This document shows positions 25,721 to 39,965 of a DNA stretch of 64,000 nt, piece after piece. The stretch comes from Octopus sinensis. Taxonomy: Eukaryota. The notes beneath the pieces were generated by a model. It did not search any database. It had not been told where the DNA came from and saw nothing but the letters and a program-made list of their open reading frames with translations. The stretch covers positions 18,290,001 through 18,354,000 of the forward strand of contig NC_043002.1 of assembly GCF_006345805.1 (NCBI RefSeq). The letters are read 5' to 3'. A program made the position numbers and the translations under genes. The first letter of the stretch is position 1, and every line of letters begins with the position of its first letter.

Positions 25721-26138
25721 CATAAAAGCGATGAAAATTACCTTTTTAGACAAAGGGAAACCTGGAATAAACGGCATGTATGTAAAGATATTAAATCAAT
25801 GCTTGATTCTAGGTCAGGTTAATAATGTCTTGATGTAACAGCCCTGGCATTAGATGTTCTAAACGAGGCATTCTGGTATAACAATTTCAAGAATGTGGGC
25901 TATAAAATTCATGAGAACCACCAAATAGGAATTTACGGAGAATTACATTACGCAGTACATAATATGTATAATTTAATGTGATCATACCATTTAATTATTG
26001 TAAGATTACACTTAAATATCCGCGTATAGTGGGAAATCCAACGTTTCGAAATGAAATTAAGCAAAATAAAGTTTTATATCTTCTGTGAAGAAGAAACTGG
26101 TGACCTAACGTTCCCCGTGTATTACAACCAGTTTTTTA

Positions 26139-26342
26139 GGCGGCGAGCAGGCAGAAACGTTTGCGCGCCGGGCGAAATACTTACCGGTATTTCGTCTGTC
26201 GTTACGTTCTGAGTTCAAATTCCGCCGAGGTCGATAAATAAAGTATCAGTTTCGCACTGGGGTCGATGTAATCGATTTAATACCTTTGTCTGTCCTTGTT
26301 TGTCCCGTCTATGTTTAGCCCCTTGTGGGCAATAAAGAATAT
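26139..26342 (+). mobile_element. SINE family B, full length (tail 1)
   Basis: ggcggcgagcaggcagaaacg...ttcaaattccgccgaggtcgataaataaagtatcag...ccccttgtgggcaataaagaat. Confidence 0.9.
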
Positions 26343-26879
26343 ACAGTCAGTTTTTTCAAATATAGAGGATTTAAAACTCTGATTTGCTCCTTTAATTTCA
26401 CTTCTGTTATTTTATCTCTGAAGAAGGATTCTATCCGAAATACTAGATTTCCCACTCTACGGCAACTTTACTGAATTCTTTCTATCGATTTTTCGAAATA
26501 GCATAGCTTACCGACGCGAACCACAACGGTGTCCTTAGAGTGCCAGAGTTCGATTCATATGCATGGCACTTGTATCAACTGTTTCCCGTCATAGTCTCAC
26601 AAAATACAATTATAAGTGGAACTGAATATAAGGAAACTGAGAAGAATCCCACCCTAAGGTTTGTCACTAATTCAAACAGCCAGTCTTTTACCACCCGCAG
26701 AAGCATGCTAATTCTGCTTTAATATTTCGTCAAAAATTCAAATTTCTCTGCACTTTTACCACATTATAAGGAGACAGAGTGAAAAAGAAATCGATAAAAA
26801 AATATAAACTCGGCAATATTTATTTTGTGCTCATTTCTTTCAATTACAAACATATACATATATGTACGTATGATTACAT

Positions 26880-26883
26880 ATAT

Positions 26884-26964
<81 letters not shown>

Positions 26965-27002
26965 TTATACAATATACATATTATACATATACATATACAT
27001 AC

Positions 27003-27084
<82 letters not shown>

Positions 27085-27346
27085 GGAAATCCAACGTTTC
27101 GAAATGAAATTAAGCAAAATAAAGTTTTATATCTTCTGTGAAGAAGAAACTGGTGACCTAACGTTCCCCGTGTATTACAACCAGTTTTTTAGGCGGCGAG
27201 CAGGCAGAAAAAAAAACTTATTTTGCTTAATTTCATTTCGAAACGTGGATTTCCCACTATATATATATATATTATATATATATTATATATAATTATATAT
27301 ATATATGTACATATATATATATATATATATATTAATATCTAATATC

Positions 27347-27379
<33 letters not shown>

Positions 27380-27380
27380 A
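26880..27380. repeat. (TA)n tracts enclosing a fold-back copy (27081-27262) of 26028-26157
   Basis: 130-bp identical direct copy plus an inverted ~45-bp copy. Confidence 0.9.
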
Positions 27381-27532
27381 TGTGGCTGCACGTATTTACA
27401 AAGCTACGTAAATATGTCATTATAAATGGCTGTATAAAACAGATCACGTTTAGTGTACGTCATACATAGACCGTATTCAAGTATGTACATGGCTATATTG
27501 ACGTACACATACAAATCACATATTCATTGTGT

Positions 27533-27588
<56 letters not shown>

Positions 27589-28053
27589 CGCACACATTAT
27601 ATTCTACATATGGCTCTCTGTATAAATGCACGTGTGTACACAGAGAGAGATGGGCTACAATTCTCTTTATCAAGATATTTCTTTGCATTTACTTGACAAA
27701 ATGGAGATATTTTTAAAGTCTATATTGCTAAAAGATTAAAAGAGTCACGTATATTTTGTTACTTATTTCCTGTGGTTTTGTTAATAAAAGTGTGTTGTCT
27801 TGTTAAGTGGGTATTACTGTGTAGCGAGGTTATTGAAGTGAGGGAGTTTATTAAGGAATTTTTACTATATTGTTTTGCGATTTGGTTCCATTTATTTTCT
27901 GTTTACATGCGCAATTAAATAGTCAAACCGAAACACGGACGGACATTTAGACAGACAGCTAATATATTGAGGTACAGAGACGGAAGCAGAGACATAAGTA
28001 GCTTAGAGAGCTAGATACGTGCATAAGTACAAATATATGTAATAGAAAGGCAG

Positions 28054-28139
<86 letters not shown>

Positions 28140-28921
28140 AGTCACACAAACATATGTGTGTGTGCGTGTGTGTGTGTGGGGGGTGTATTTATGTGTATAC
28201 TGTGCGTGTGTATATGTGAGTTAGGATCAATTGTGTGCTTGTGTTTTCATTAAGAATAGAAATCAAAGATTTCAATACGTTTTCGAAATTGCATTTTGTT
28301 CTACAGAATGCTTCCACAGCTTCACTGTAGTATTTCATCCTACTCAATCTCTCCCTTTCTCTCTCCTCTCACTCTCCTCTCCCCCTCTCTCTCTCCCTCT
28401 CTCATATATATATGCATATATACATACATATATGTTCATGCTTACATATATATGTGTATATATTAATATGTGTGTGTATGGGTACAGGACGTTACAAAAC
28501 GTAAACAACATGAAATATGGAAACAACATAAAATACGAAGGTAAATTTGAGTATACGAACAACGAGAGAAATAAATAGAAAACAGGACAAGTAACATAAA
28601 GAAAGACCCTTACCAATTTTGATCCTCCGCAAAATCCCAAATTTAATTTTGGTTTGCGGGAGCAACTGTTTTCCGAAGCCTCATATTGCCATTAATTGCT
28701 CGAAATGTGGAGTAGATGAACAGCCGACAACTGATGAAGCATCTTTCTTTATATTATTTGTCTTGTTTTCTATTTGTTTCTCTCGTTGTTCGCATAAAAA
28801 AATTTGCCTTCATATTTCATGTTCTTTTCGTATTTCATGTTGTTTACGTTTTGTGACGTCCTGTATGTATGTAAGTACAGGTATGTATGTATATATGCAT
28901 ATAAACTTTTTCATTTATATT

Positions 28922-29380
<459 letters not shown>

Positions 29381-29994
29381 TAGATAGATAGATAGATAGA
29401 TAGATACATACATACATACATACATACATACATACATACATACATACATACATACATACATAGATACGGGGAGGCGAACGTTTTGACAGTCATTCAAAGT
29501 CATATGAAGTTCAATGAGGAAGTCAAACAGAGAAGTAAGCAAATAAACAGCTGGATACAGACTAACAATGGCAAAGACATGTGCGTGCGAATGTGCTTGC
29601 GTATATGCCTGCGTATGTGTGTGTGTGTGCGAGCGCGGTTGTGTGCGTATGTGCCTGTGTGTGCGTCTGCATATGTATACTGGTCCATGAAACAAACCAG
29701 CAATGTTTGCCTTCACTTAACCCTTTCTTCTTTTCTCAGAAAGTACATGTTCTGCTCCTTTAACTCTGAGATATAATCAAGCAGTCCTATGATGTAAGGC
29801 TTTCCAGCAATGTCGATCTAATCAATTTTCTAGTTATATCCAATACTTAATTTTCTGATATGCTCTCCCTGTTATAGGTGTAGAAGGGAGCATTTTTGGA
29901 GGGACTGGCTGTTATTTTTAAGAATCTTTCCTATACGAAGAATTTTTCTTCTGCTCCAGCTCGCTACAACTATGTCTCACTATCTCATTTGATC

Positions 29995-30340
29995 ACGAGG
30001 TCGACTTTGCCTTTCATCCTTTCGGGGTCGATAAATTAAGCACCAGTTGTGTACTGGGGTCGATCTAATCGGCTGGTCTCTTCCCCAAAAAATTTCGGGC
30101 TTTGTGCCTAGAGTAGAAAAGATTACGTTATAGATCAGCGGTAATCTTGCTGAATCGTTAGTTCGTCGCACAAAAAGCTGAACAGCATTTCATCCAACTC
30201 TTTACGCTCGTGGTTCAAATTCCACCGACGTCATCTTTTCTTTTCTCCTTTCGGGGTCGATAAAATGAAATAACATTTGAATATTGGGGACGATATCATC
30301 AACTTGTCACCTCCTCTCAAACATAACAGGTTCTATGGCA
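29995..30340 (+). mobile_element. Two adjacent SINE family B copies (29995-30125, 30130-30340)
   Basis: gaggtcgactttgcctttcatcctttcggggtcgataaattaag, then a second decayed ggttcaaattccaccgac...cctttcggggtcgataaaatg. Confidence 0.8.
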
Positions 30341-30369
30341 AAATTTGAAGCCATTATGTTATAGTGTGA

Positions 30370-30514
30370 TCGGGTTCATTTTTAGTATTCTTGTTTGTGA
30401 GAGGAGTCGAGTTTATTTCAGATATTCTCATTTTAAAAATCATCTCCGGCTAATCGTTGAGAGGACATTGGTGTTGCCTTGGCGAAGGGTTTGCGCTCTC
30501 AGAGTGCTCTTTTT
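30370..30514 (+). mobile_element. Helentron-type non-autonomous element (HINE), 3' end
   Basis: ttggcgaagggtttgcgctctcagagtgctcttttt: subterminal IR plus 3' hairpin GCGCTCT-CA-GAGTGC; homologous to 53603-53760. Confidence 0.65.
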
Positions 30515-30604
30515 ATTTATCTATTTATTTATTTATTTATTTATTTATTTATGCAATTTTATAATTTTAGCAATCAGCCAATGGTTATTTCTTTAATCCG
30601 ATAC

Positions 30605-30890
30605 GTTTTACTTATTTCAGGTACTGGACTGTGGTACGTCGGAGCACCGCCCTAAAAGTTTTAGAAAGACAATTTGAAGACAGACAAACAGAGAGTGAGA
30701 GAGACAGAGAGACAGAGAGAGACAGAGAGAGACAGAGAGACAGAGAAAAAGAGAGAGAAACAGGCTTCCACGGTTCCTTCACCAAATTCACTCACAAGGC
30801 ATTGGTTAGCCCGTAGCCACATTAACAGAGATTTTCCGCGCAGTGGGACTGAACCCGAAACCACATGGCTGCAAAGCTTACTTAAGATTT
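30605..30890 (-). mobile_element. SINE family A, partial, with internal (GACA/GA)n
   Basis: ccaaattcactcacaaggcattggt...gcagtgggactgaacccgaaaccacatgg. Confidence 0.75.
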
Positions 30891-30944
30891 TTATAATTAC
30901 TACTACCCTAGTGCTTAACTCAATTGATTTTGTTTACAAACATT

Positions 30945-30989
30945 ATATATGTATGTATGTGTATATCTATGTATGTGTATATGTATGTG

Positions 30990-31021
<32 letters not shown>

Positions 31022-31031
31022 TGTATGTATG

Positions 31032-31062
<31 letters not shown>

Positions 31063-31135
31063 GTATGTGTATATGTATGTATGTTTGCATGTATGTGTAT
31101 ATGTATGTATGTATGCATGCATGCATGTATATACG
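30945..31135. repeat. (TATG)n microsatellite
   Basis: Direct inspection. Confidence 0.95.
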
Positions 31136-31261
31136 TCTGTTTGCATATATGTCTGGGAGGGATTGCAAAGGTCATGGGCCCTGACACTTCTTTCAAACTC
31201 AACAAAAAATAAAATAATGTTTTCAAATTTCAGCAAAAAAAGAATAGCAATTTTAAGGGAG

Positions 31262-31420
31262 CGGAATAAATCGATTACATCGTCAACAGTATTGAAGTGA
31301 TACTTTATTTTATCGATCCCGAAACGATGAAAAGCTAGATCGAAATTTCAACCCAGAGTGTAAATAACTGAAGGATTGGTACTCAGCATTTTATCCGATT
31401 CGCTAACGATTCCATAATCT
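31262..31420 (-). mobile_element. SINE family B, decayed
   Basis: ttttatcgatcccgaaacgatgaaagc...aaatttcaacccagag. Confidence 0.65.
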
Positions 31421-31477
31421 TATTACAAATGTTTTCTGAGAACATTGAAAATTTATTTATTATATATTTATTATATA

Positions 31478-31870
31478 GGTGCAGTCGTGGGTGTGTGGTA
31501 AGAAGCTTGCTTCCCAACTGCATGGTTCCAGGTTCAGTCTCACTGCGTGGTACATTGGGCTGGTGACTTCTACCATAGACTCAGGCCGACCAAAACCTTG
31601 TGAGTCGTATATATATTTTGTGTGGGGGGGGGGTGTTTGTGTGGATGTGTCTGTGTGTCCATATTTGCCCTCCTTCCACCATTGCTTGACAACCGATGTT
31701 GGTGTGTTTACCTCTCTGTAACTTAGCGGTTTGACAAATAAGACCGATAGAATAAGTACTAGGCTTCCAAAGAATAAGTCCTGAGGTCGATATCTACGAC
31801 TACAAACTCTTTAAGGTAGTGCTCCCGCACGGTCGCAGTCAAATGACTAAAACGAGTAAAAGAATAAAAG
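31478..31870 (+). mobile_element. SINE family A, near full length
   Basis: ggtgcagtcgtgggtgtgtggtaagaagcttgc head through gtcaaatgactaaaacgagtaaaag tail. Confidence 0.88.
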
Positions 31871-32811
31871 TATATATTCAAACGAACAGCTGGAGAAATA
31901 CTTCACTCTGTCAATGTTCCTATGTTCCTATGAATGGTGGGACAATTGTAGAATCGTAAGAATACACCAAATTTTATTCCTGTTGGTGTCACTAAGGTTT
32001 CATTTCATTTACCTTTCATACTTCTTATAGATTTGTTGTAATAATCAACACGTTGGACAGAAATGGTTCTTCGAAAGGTTAGCCTCTATCGAAGGTGCAT
32101 TCGTCATTTCTACAGTGAAAGATAATTGGCTGAAAAAAGATAAACAACTTTAAGATGAACTTAAGGCAACCGAGCCTATGATATAACTTCTATACAACCG
32201 TGCTTCATTCGGACAGCACCATGCAAGTTTCCCTTCTCCGTGCCACTAAAGTAAAGCCCGCTGCTTTAGGCCGAACAATTTGTTACGATTGACCTCATTG
32301 TTGTCATAATTCAAAAGGCCCGAAGCCGTTACCACAAGGTATGTTGTCCAAACTTCTAAGAATTCTACCAGTCCATCCCGCAGGGTTGGCATTTTGTTTT
32401 TTAATCGAACCTAAAATGATGAAAGGGATAGGTAGGATTTGAACTCAGAGAGACGAAGCACGTAATTCGAGGTGTTCTATCTGACGGTCTAGCAACTGTG
32501 CTAATTCACCGCCTTCGAACGACGACTTATCATTATCTTTTATATTTAACCTGTTTCAGTCGTTGGACTGCAGATATGCTGGGGAACAGTGTTGAAGGGA
32601 TCAATCGAATACATTGATCCCAATATATAATTTTAAGTGTGGTACTTAATTTATCGGTGTCTTTATCGTACCGTTAAGGTATAAGGATGTAAAACAAACC
32701 AATACTTATTGTCAAGTGGTATGGTGTGGTGCGGTTGGCACAAATATAAACATAAAGACTCACAAACACACACCTACACACACGCGTACACACGCATATA
32801 CACACGCATAT

Positions 32812-33030
32812 ATACTCTTTTACTTGTTTCAGTCATTCGACTGCAGCCATGCTGGAACACCGCCTTTAGTCGAACAAATCGACCCCGGGAATTATTCTTT
32901 GCAATCCTAGTACTTATTCTATCGGTCTCTTTTGCCGGACCGCTAAGTTAAAGGGACGTAAATACACCAGCATCAGTTGTCAAGGGATGCTGGGGGGGGG
33001 ACAAACACAGACACACAAACATACACACAT

Positions 33031-33076
<46 letters not shown>

Positions 33077-33235
33077 GACGGACTTCTTTCTGTTTCCGTC
33101 CACCAAATCCACTCACAAGGCTTTGGTCTGCCCGAGGCTATAGTAGGAGACATTTGCTCAAGGTGCCACGCAGTGGAACTAAACCCGGTACCATGTGGTT
33201 GGTAAGCAAGCTACTTACCACACAGCCATCCTACG

Positions 33236-33238
<3 letters not shown>
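32812..33238 (-). mobile_element. SINE family A, full length
   Basis: actcttttacttgtttcagtcatt...ccaaatccactcacaagg...cttaccacacagccatcctacgcc. Confidence 0.92.
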
Positions 33239-33299
<61 letters not shown>

Positions 33300-34615
33300 T
33301 ATATATTTACGACGGGATTTCAAGCAGTTTCCTTTTACTAAACTCAGACGGTATTTGTTAGTCCGACGCTACAGTAGAGGACTGAACTGAAAACCACGTG
33401 GTTTCAAAGCAGGATTCTTAGCCACACAACCATATCTGTATTTTTCTAATGAAATTCTTAGAGACTCTTCGAAATAAGACAGGATGGCCACGGCTGCAAT
33501 CAATACTTTCGAACACTGACCTACTCGATTAGGTTGCAACACTCCACCGACGACATCAAGGGCAACTTAGTGAAAAATATAATAAAAAACAAATTCTATC
33601 CTGCCTACTCCACCATGACCATCCCTACTTAAATGTCGTATATTCACAACTGGTTATTTCTCGATAAATATATCTTTTTTTAACAAATAACCAATTTTCT
33701 ATTAGCTTTCCACGTCGGTTTTTTTTCTTTTTTCTTCCTTTGTATTTAGTTTATTCTTCTTCTGCTTTATTACTTCAGCATCTTCAAGTTTAAATATATA
33801 AATAACTCTACTGCTGGTATAATTTGATAGCAATTTAATAATATTCTATGAACTAAGGTTTTCGAAACACAAAAAGAAATATGAACGAAAGGTAAAATTA
33901 AAGAGAAGAAATACTTATTGGTTGGATGTGTTAGGATAACTATTATCTAAAACTCTAGAGGAAAAGATTTTACTTACAAGGCACACACTTGCACATGCAC
34001 GTATATATATGTATATACGTATGTATGTATGTATGTATGTATGTATGTATGTATGTGTGTATTATGTATGTATGTATTATGTATTATGTATGTATGTATT
34101 ATGTATGTATGTATGAATGTATGCATGTATGTATGTATATATAAATATATATATGTGGGTGTGTGGAGGTGTGTGTGCGCGCGTGTGTGGGTGGGTGTGG
34201 TTACATGTTATACATGCATACATATATACACATATATATTTGTATAGACATATATATGCATAATTTATGTATGTGTATATGTGTACATATCGTTAGATAG
34301 ATAGATACATACATAGTTAATCATTCATATAATATGTGAGTTTATATATGTATGTGTGTGTGTCTGTATGTGTATACACATATATATACTTACATATATG
34401 TATTTATAAGTAATATCTGTATGTATACATATATGTGTGTGTGTGTTTGCAAATATACATGCATGTGAACTTTCATAGACACATACAAACGTTCATGCAT
34501 ACATGCACAGGCGCGCTGACACATACAAACATACATACATAGACACACACACATACATACATACATACATACATACATACATACATACATACGCAGACAA
34601 TGGGACATGGGTTGG

Positions 34616-34670
<55 letters not shown>

Positions 34671-34967
34671 AAGATTATAAGTGAGACACTATTCTCTCGT
34701 CGAATTATGCTGGAATCGAAAAGCGTAAATTTCTCAAAATATTCATTTTCCCTTACCATCGTCTCCAAAATGTTCAACTTCTCATTTCCTTTTGTAAAAT
34801 GTCTGATAAAAGAAAAATCTAAAAAAAAGTGTTCTTTTCCTACACACGCGCATATATACATATACACACATAAAAACGCACACATACACTGTATATAAAC
34901 AAACAATCACACACAAACACGCATGTGTATGTATATCTACATATCTGCATATATATATATATATATA

Positions 34968-35451
34968 CTAGCAGCATAGCCCGGCGTTGCCCGGGTATGT
35001 AAGAAACTTTGTCGATAAGCAATGCCCTTTACCTGTTTACCCTTTTTTGTACTCATTGAACCGTTATTTTGTAAAATGAAGCCTAAAAGGCATTAAGGCA
35101 TTCAAGGCACCGTTCCCTTGCAAGGTATTGCATGGAAAACTAACGTCAGAATTAAATTCCTTAGGGTAACATTAAGCTTCACCATGAGTTTGGTGAAAAT
35201 CGATTGCAAGTTGCGAAAACTACAACGGAAAATGTGTTGCATATGATAAGCTTAGATTCTCGACCCCATGTCGATTTATCGCTTTTTTCAGAACTGGGGG
35301 AACTTTTCAAAATTTTCGCTGCGTAGTTTTGAATTATGACATGGGCTATGTGTGTGTCAAGTTTCATCAGAATCGGTTGAAAGCCGTGGTCAGGGTGAGG
35401 GTACAACCTGACAGACACACAGACAGACAAAATGCCTTTATAAGTAATTAC

Positions 35452-35460
<9 letters not shown>
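34968..35460 (-). mobile_element. Non-autonomous Helitron
   Basis: Minus-strand 3' end cccgggcaacgccgggctatgctgCTAG (hairpin about 10 nt before CTAG); subterminal gacagacacacagacagacaaaa and (TA)n at the 5' end. Confidence 0.75.
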
Positions 35461-35482
<22 letters not shown>

Positions 35483-36675
35483 TAATTTCAACAATGAGGG
35501 CAAAATTAATTAATATTAATCAATTTCACCAAGTGTCAGTATGCAAAGGGACCATTCAAGGCGAATTCAATTATTACATTATATTAAAAGGGCTTAGTAA
35601 AATAAATAACTTTGCCGCATACTGAACTCATTAGAAATAGCAGCTAAAAAACTTTTTTAAGGCTATTTCTAATACTTAAAGAAAATCTCTCTCATATATA
35701 GTGTTGCTTAATTCAACTCACAAAAAGTTGGGGGTAAGGACATCGAAAAATCAAATGCTAGGTTATTCGAGAACGTACGTTTCAAGATTAGTCAAAACAA
35801 CATTAGATCATCGGCTCAGAAATCCTTGGTTGGATTTGGAAACACTGAAAATAAGAACATACCCTTCGAAGATCTGCTCCCAACTAACAGTGCCAACAAA
35901 TTCAAAATAAGCAAGCGAAGAATCTTTGTCTCCCTTTCCACCAGCGTGGGTGAAATCATCAAACACTATGCTTATTTCGGTAGTCCTACCCCAAACTTTG
36001 TGAGTTGAATTAAGCAAACACTATATATGAGAGAGATTTTCTTTAAGTATTAGAAATAGCCTAAAAAAAGTTTTTTAGCTGCATTTCTAATGAGTTCAGT
36101 ATGCGGCAAAGTAATTTATTTTACTAAGCCCTTTTATATAATGTAATAATTTGAATTCGCCTTGAATGGTCCCCTTTGCATACTGAACACTTGGTGAAAT
36201 TGATGAATAATTAATAATTGCCCTCAATTGTTGAAATTATAATTAATCTCCCTCTGATTAATTACTTCGGATTTTACCGAAAAAAGCATAGTGTTTGATG
36301 ATTTCAACCACGCTGGTGGAAAGGGGAGAACAAGATTCTTCGCTTGCTTATTTTGAATTTGTTGGCACTGTTAGTTGGGAGCAGATCTTCGAAAGGGTAT
36401 GTTCTTATTTTCAGTGTTTCCAAATCCAACCAAGGAATTACTGAGACGATGATAGAATGGTTGTTTTGAACTAATCTTGAAACGTACGTTCTCGAATAAC
36501 CTTAGCATTTTGATTTTTCGATGTCCTTACCCAAACTTTGTGAGTTGAATTAAGCAAACACTATATATGAGAGAGATTTTCTTTAAGTATTAGAAATAGC
36601 CTTAAAAAAGTTTTTTAGCTGCTATTTCTAATGAGTTCAGTATGCGGCAAAGTAATTATTTTACTAAGCCTTTAT
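35483..36675. repeat. Complex inverted duplication (35483-35983 plus two overlapping reverse-complement copies)
   Basis: 35984-36241 = rc of about 35483-35740; 36274-36675 = rc of about 35590-35983; differences are mostly 1-nt indels. Confidence 0.92.
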
Positions 36676-37970
36676 ATAATAATATATATATATATATATA
36701 AAACATATATACATATTTTATACATGTGTAGATTCATTTATACACACATGCATTCATGTTTTCCTATATACAGACACAAACACACATATATATATATATA
36801 TATACATATATACATACATATATGTATATATATATATATACATATATATACACATATATATATATATATACTTATACATATTCATATATGCACAAATACA
36901 TATATGAATGTCTATACACATACATGCATACATATACGAATACTTGCATTACGTAATACGTGCATATACCAATATATCCATACAAACATGTATTCATGCG
37001 TATATTCACACATATACACACAGGTACATACATTTTTGTGTACGTGTGTGTTCACTGAAATTTTGTGTGTGTCTGTGAGAGAGGATGTAGAGAAAACCGT
37101 TTCTCAAATATTTCTTGTTAAGCTGAAGTGGGAACAGAATGGGGAGAAAAGTCCGATCAGATCGATTACCTGAAATTTTCAAAAACCAAATGACTGTGTA
37201 TACAAGTCGATGTCTTTCCTTAAGGAGAAATGTTGACACCACCAGACATATTTCAATCTTATTAAACTTCCTCAGCAACTCTCAACAGTTAATATAATAG
37301 AATATACAGAGAGTTGTGATGATAATGATAGATAACGTTTAAATGGGTGAGAGTGAGTATTTAGAGGAACATTCTGCATATTGAATAAGCAAATATTCAT
37401 GCATACATACATGCACTCATACATACTTACATACATAAATACACACACCTACATACACACGCACGCGAAAGTAAAATGACAAGCAAGGGAGATAATTCTT
37501 GTAAATTCAGTTAAGTGAAATACTAACACAGAGGACAAAAAATATATAGTTCAATACAAGTAGAGAGTAAAGGCTTTAACTTTTACTAGACCTTTCAGCA
37601 TATACATATATGCACATAAATATATATATATTATATTACATACATACATGCATACATACATACATACATACATACATACATACATACATACATACATACA
37701 TACATACATACTACATTATATGTATATCGTTGCTATTATGCAAAAATGTCGTAAGTCCAAAATGTTGCTTTTTCAGAAAACGGAAAATTTGTTTCACCAT
37801 TTCAGAGCAAAACCGTTGTACTACACTCTGACAATTTTTGATATCTTGGTATATGTAGCAACTGGAGATACGATAGTTTGACCAAAAGAACCGGCTATTA
37901 CAAGCAAAAATGAATATTGAAACAAACGCATTCGTCTAAATTTGGACATACGACATAATTTTAACATAAT

Positions 37971-38277
37971 TCTTTTTTCTTTTCGTCTTTTTCAAACTTA
38001 GCCAGGCTCATTGCCCGGTTTCCCGATTTCTGTGGCGTATGTGTTCCCCACCAGGTGGACAGGACGCCAGACTATCGCAGAGTTACAGGAAGAGAGAGTG
38101 AGAGAAAGTTGTGACGAAAAGTACAACAGGGGGCGCCACCACCTCCTGCCAGAACGTCGTGGAGCTTTTAGGTGTTTCTCGCTCAATAAACACACACAAC
38201 GCCCGGTCTGGGATTCGAGACCGCGATCCTCCGACCACGAGTCCGCTGCCCTAACCACTGCATCATTGCGCCTCCAC
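37971..38277 (-). mobile_element. SINE family D (tail type C) with probable TSD ttttaac(a/g)taat
   Basis: Head, core and tail match 9824-10129; flanks ttttaacataat (37959-37970) and ttttaacgtaat (38278-38289). Confidence 0.88.
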
Positions 38278-38327
38278 TTTTAACGTAATGGCAACGATAT
38301 ATATATTTGCATATTTATATACACATA

Positions 38328-38735
38328 GGCGCAGGACTGGCAGTGTGGTAAGTAGCTTGCTAACAACCAACATGGTTCCGGGTTCAGGCCCACTGCGTGG
38401 CATCTTGGGCAAGTGTCTTCTGCTATAGCCCCGGGCCGACCAATGCCTTGTGAGTGGATTTGGTAGACGGAAACTTAAAGAAGCCTGTCGTATATATGTA
38501 TATATATATATGTGTGTGTATGTGTGTGTTTGTGTGCCTGTGTTTGTCCCCCTAGCATTGCTTGACAACCGATGCTGGTGTGTTTACGTCCCCGTAACTT
38601 AGCGGTTCGGCAAAAGAGACCGATAGAATAAGTACTGGGCTTACAAAAAGAATAAGTCCCGGGGTCGATTTGCTCGACTAAAGGCGTTGCTTCAGCATGG
38701 CCGCAGTCAAATGACTGAAACAAGTAAAAGAGTAT
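38328..38735 (+). mobile_element. SINE family A, full length
   Basis: Highly similar to 23710-24100. Confidence 0.93.
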
Positions 38736-38769
38736 ATATAGAGAGAGAGACAGATAGACAGACAGAGGC

Positions 38770-38800
<31 letters not shown>

Positions 38801-39189
38801 TATAGAGGGGAATAGAAATATACCAATAGCTAACTAGCTAAGTATATATTTATATTGGTTTTTATATCAAGCTAAATATAAAATATGAGTGGTATATATG
38901 CGTGCGTACGTATATATGTATATAAGAAATAGAGATAACTAACCACATCTAAACATATCTGCAATGCTAATGTGCTGTCATTGTTAATTTCTTTTAATCA
39001 ATTCTTCCTGAAGGCAACAGAGAGAAAATTAACCGACTCGTCATTCTTGTTGAAAATCAGTTATATTAATCAGTCTCACTACTCTGGAAATTTTCAACTT
39101 TGCCGTAATATAGTTACAGCTATAAGGAAATTGGTTTAGTTGAAATATAGGTAAAGATGCGAGACAAATATATACATTAATTACATTCA

Positions 39190-39297
39190 TAGATAGACAG
39201 ATAGATAGATAGATAGATATTTGTATATATATGTGTGTGATTCTGTATGCTTGTACGTAGATGTGTGTTATATAATATATATATATATAATATATAT

Positions 39298-39341
<44 letters not shown>

Positions 39342-39469
39342 TATAATATATATATATATAGATATATATATATATGATATATATATATGTATATATATAT
39401 GTATATATATGTGTGTGTATATATATATGTGTATATATAATATATATGTATATATATGTATGTATTATA

Positions 39470-39507
<38 letters not shown>

Positions 39508-39646
39508 TACTATATATATATACACACACAAATATGTATAGGTATGCATATATGCGCATTGCATGTATGCCTATATATAAATGTATAAGTATAGACATAA
39601 TTTATGTGTATATGTATACAAATATATATTATATATAGATACATGT

Positions 39647-39727
<81 letters not shown>

Positions 39728-39888
39728 ACTCAATACATAACAAACCACATATCAATTTCAGCGTACGTATACACAATATACACTGTGTATGTATTCATAC
39801 ATGCACACCTGTACACACACCACACACACACACATGCACATATATGTTATGTATATATATATATTATATATAGATATATATATGTATA

Positions 39889-39932
<44 letters not shown>

Positions 39933-39933
39933 G

Positions 39934-39965
<32 letters not shown>
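39190..39965. repeat. (TA)n/(GATA)n microsatellite field
   Basis: Direct inspection. Confidence 0.93.
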
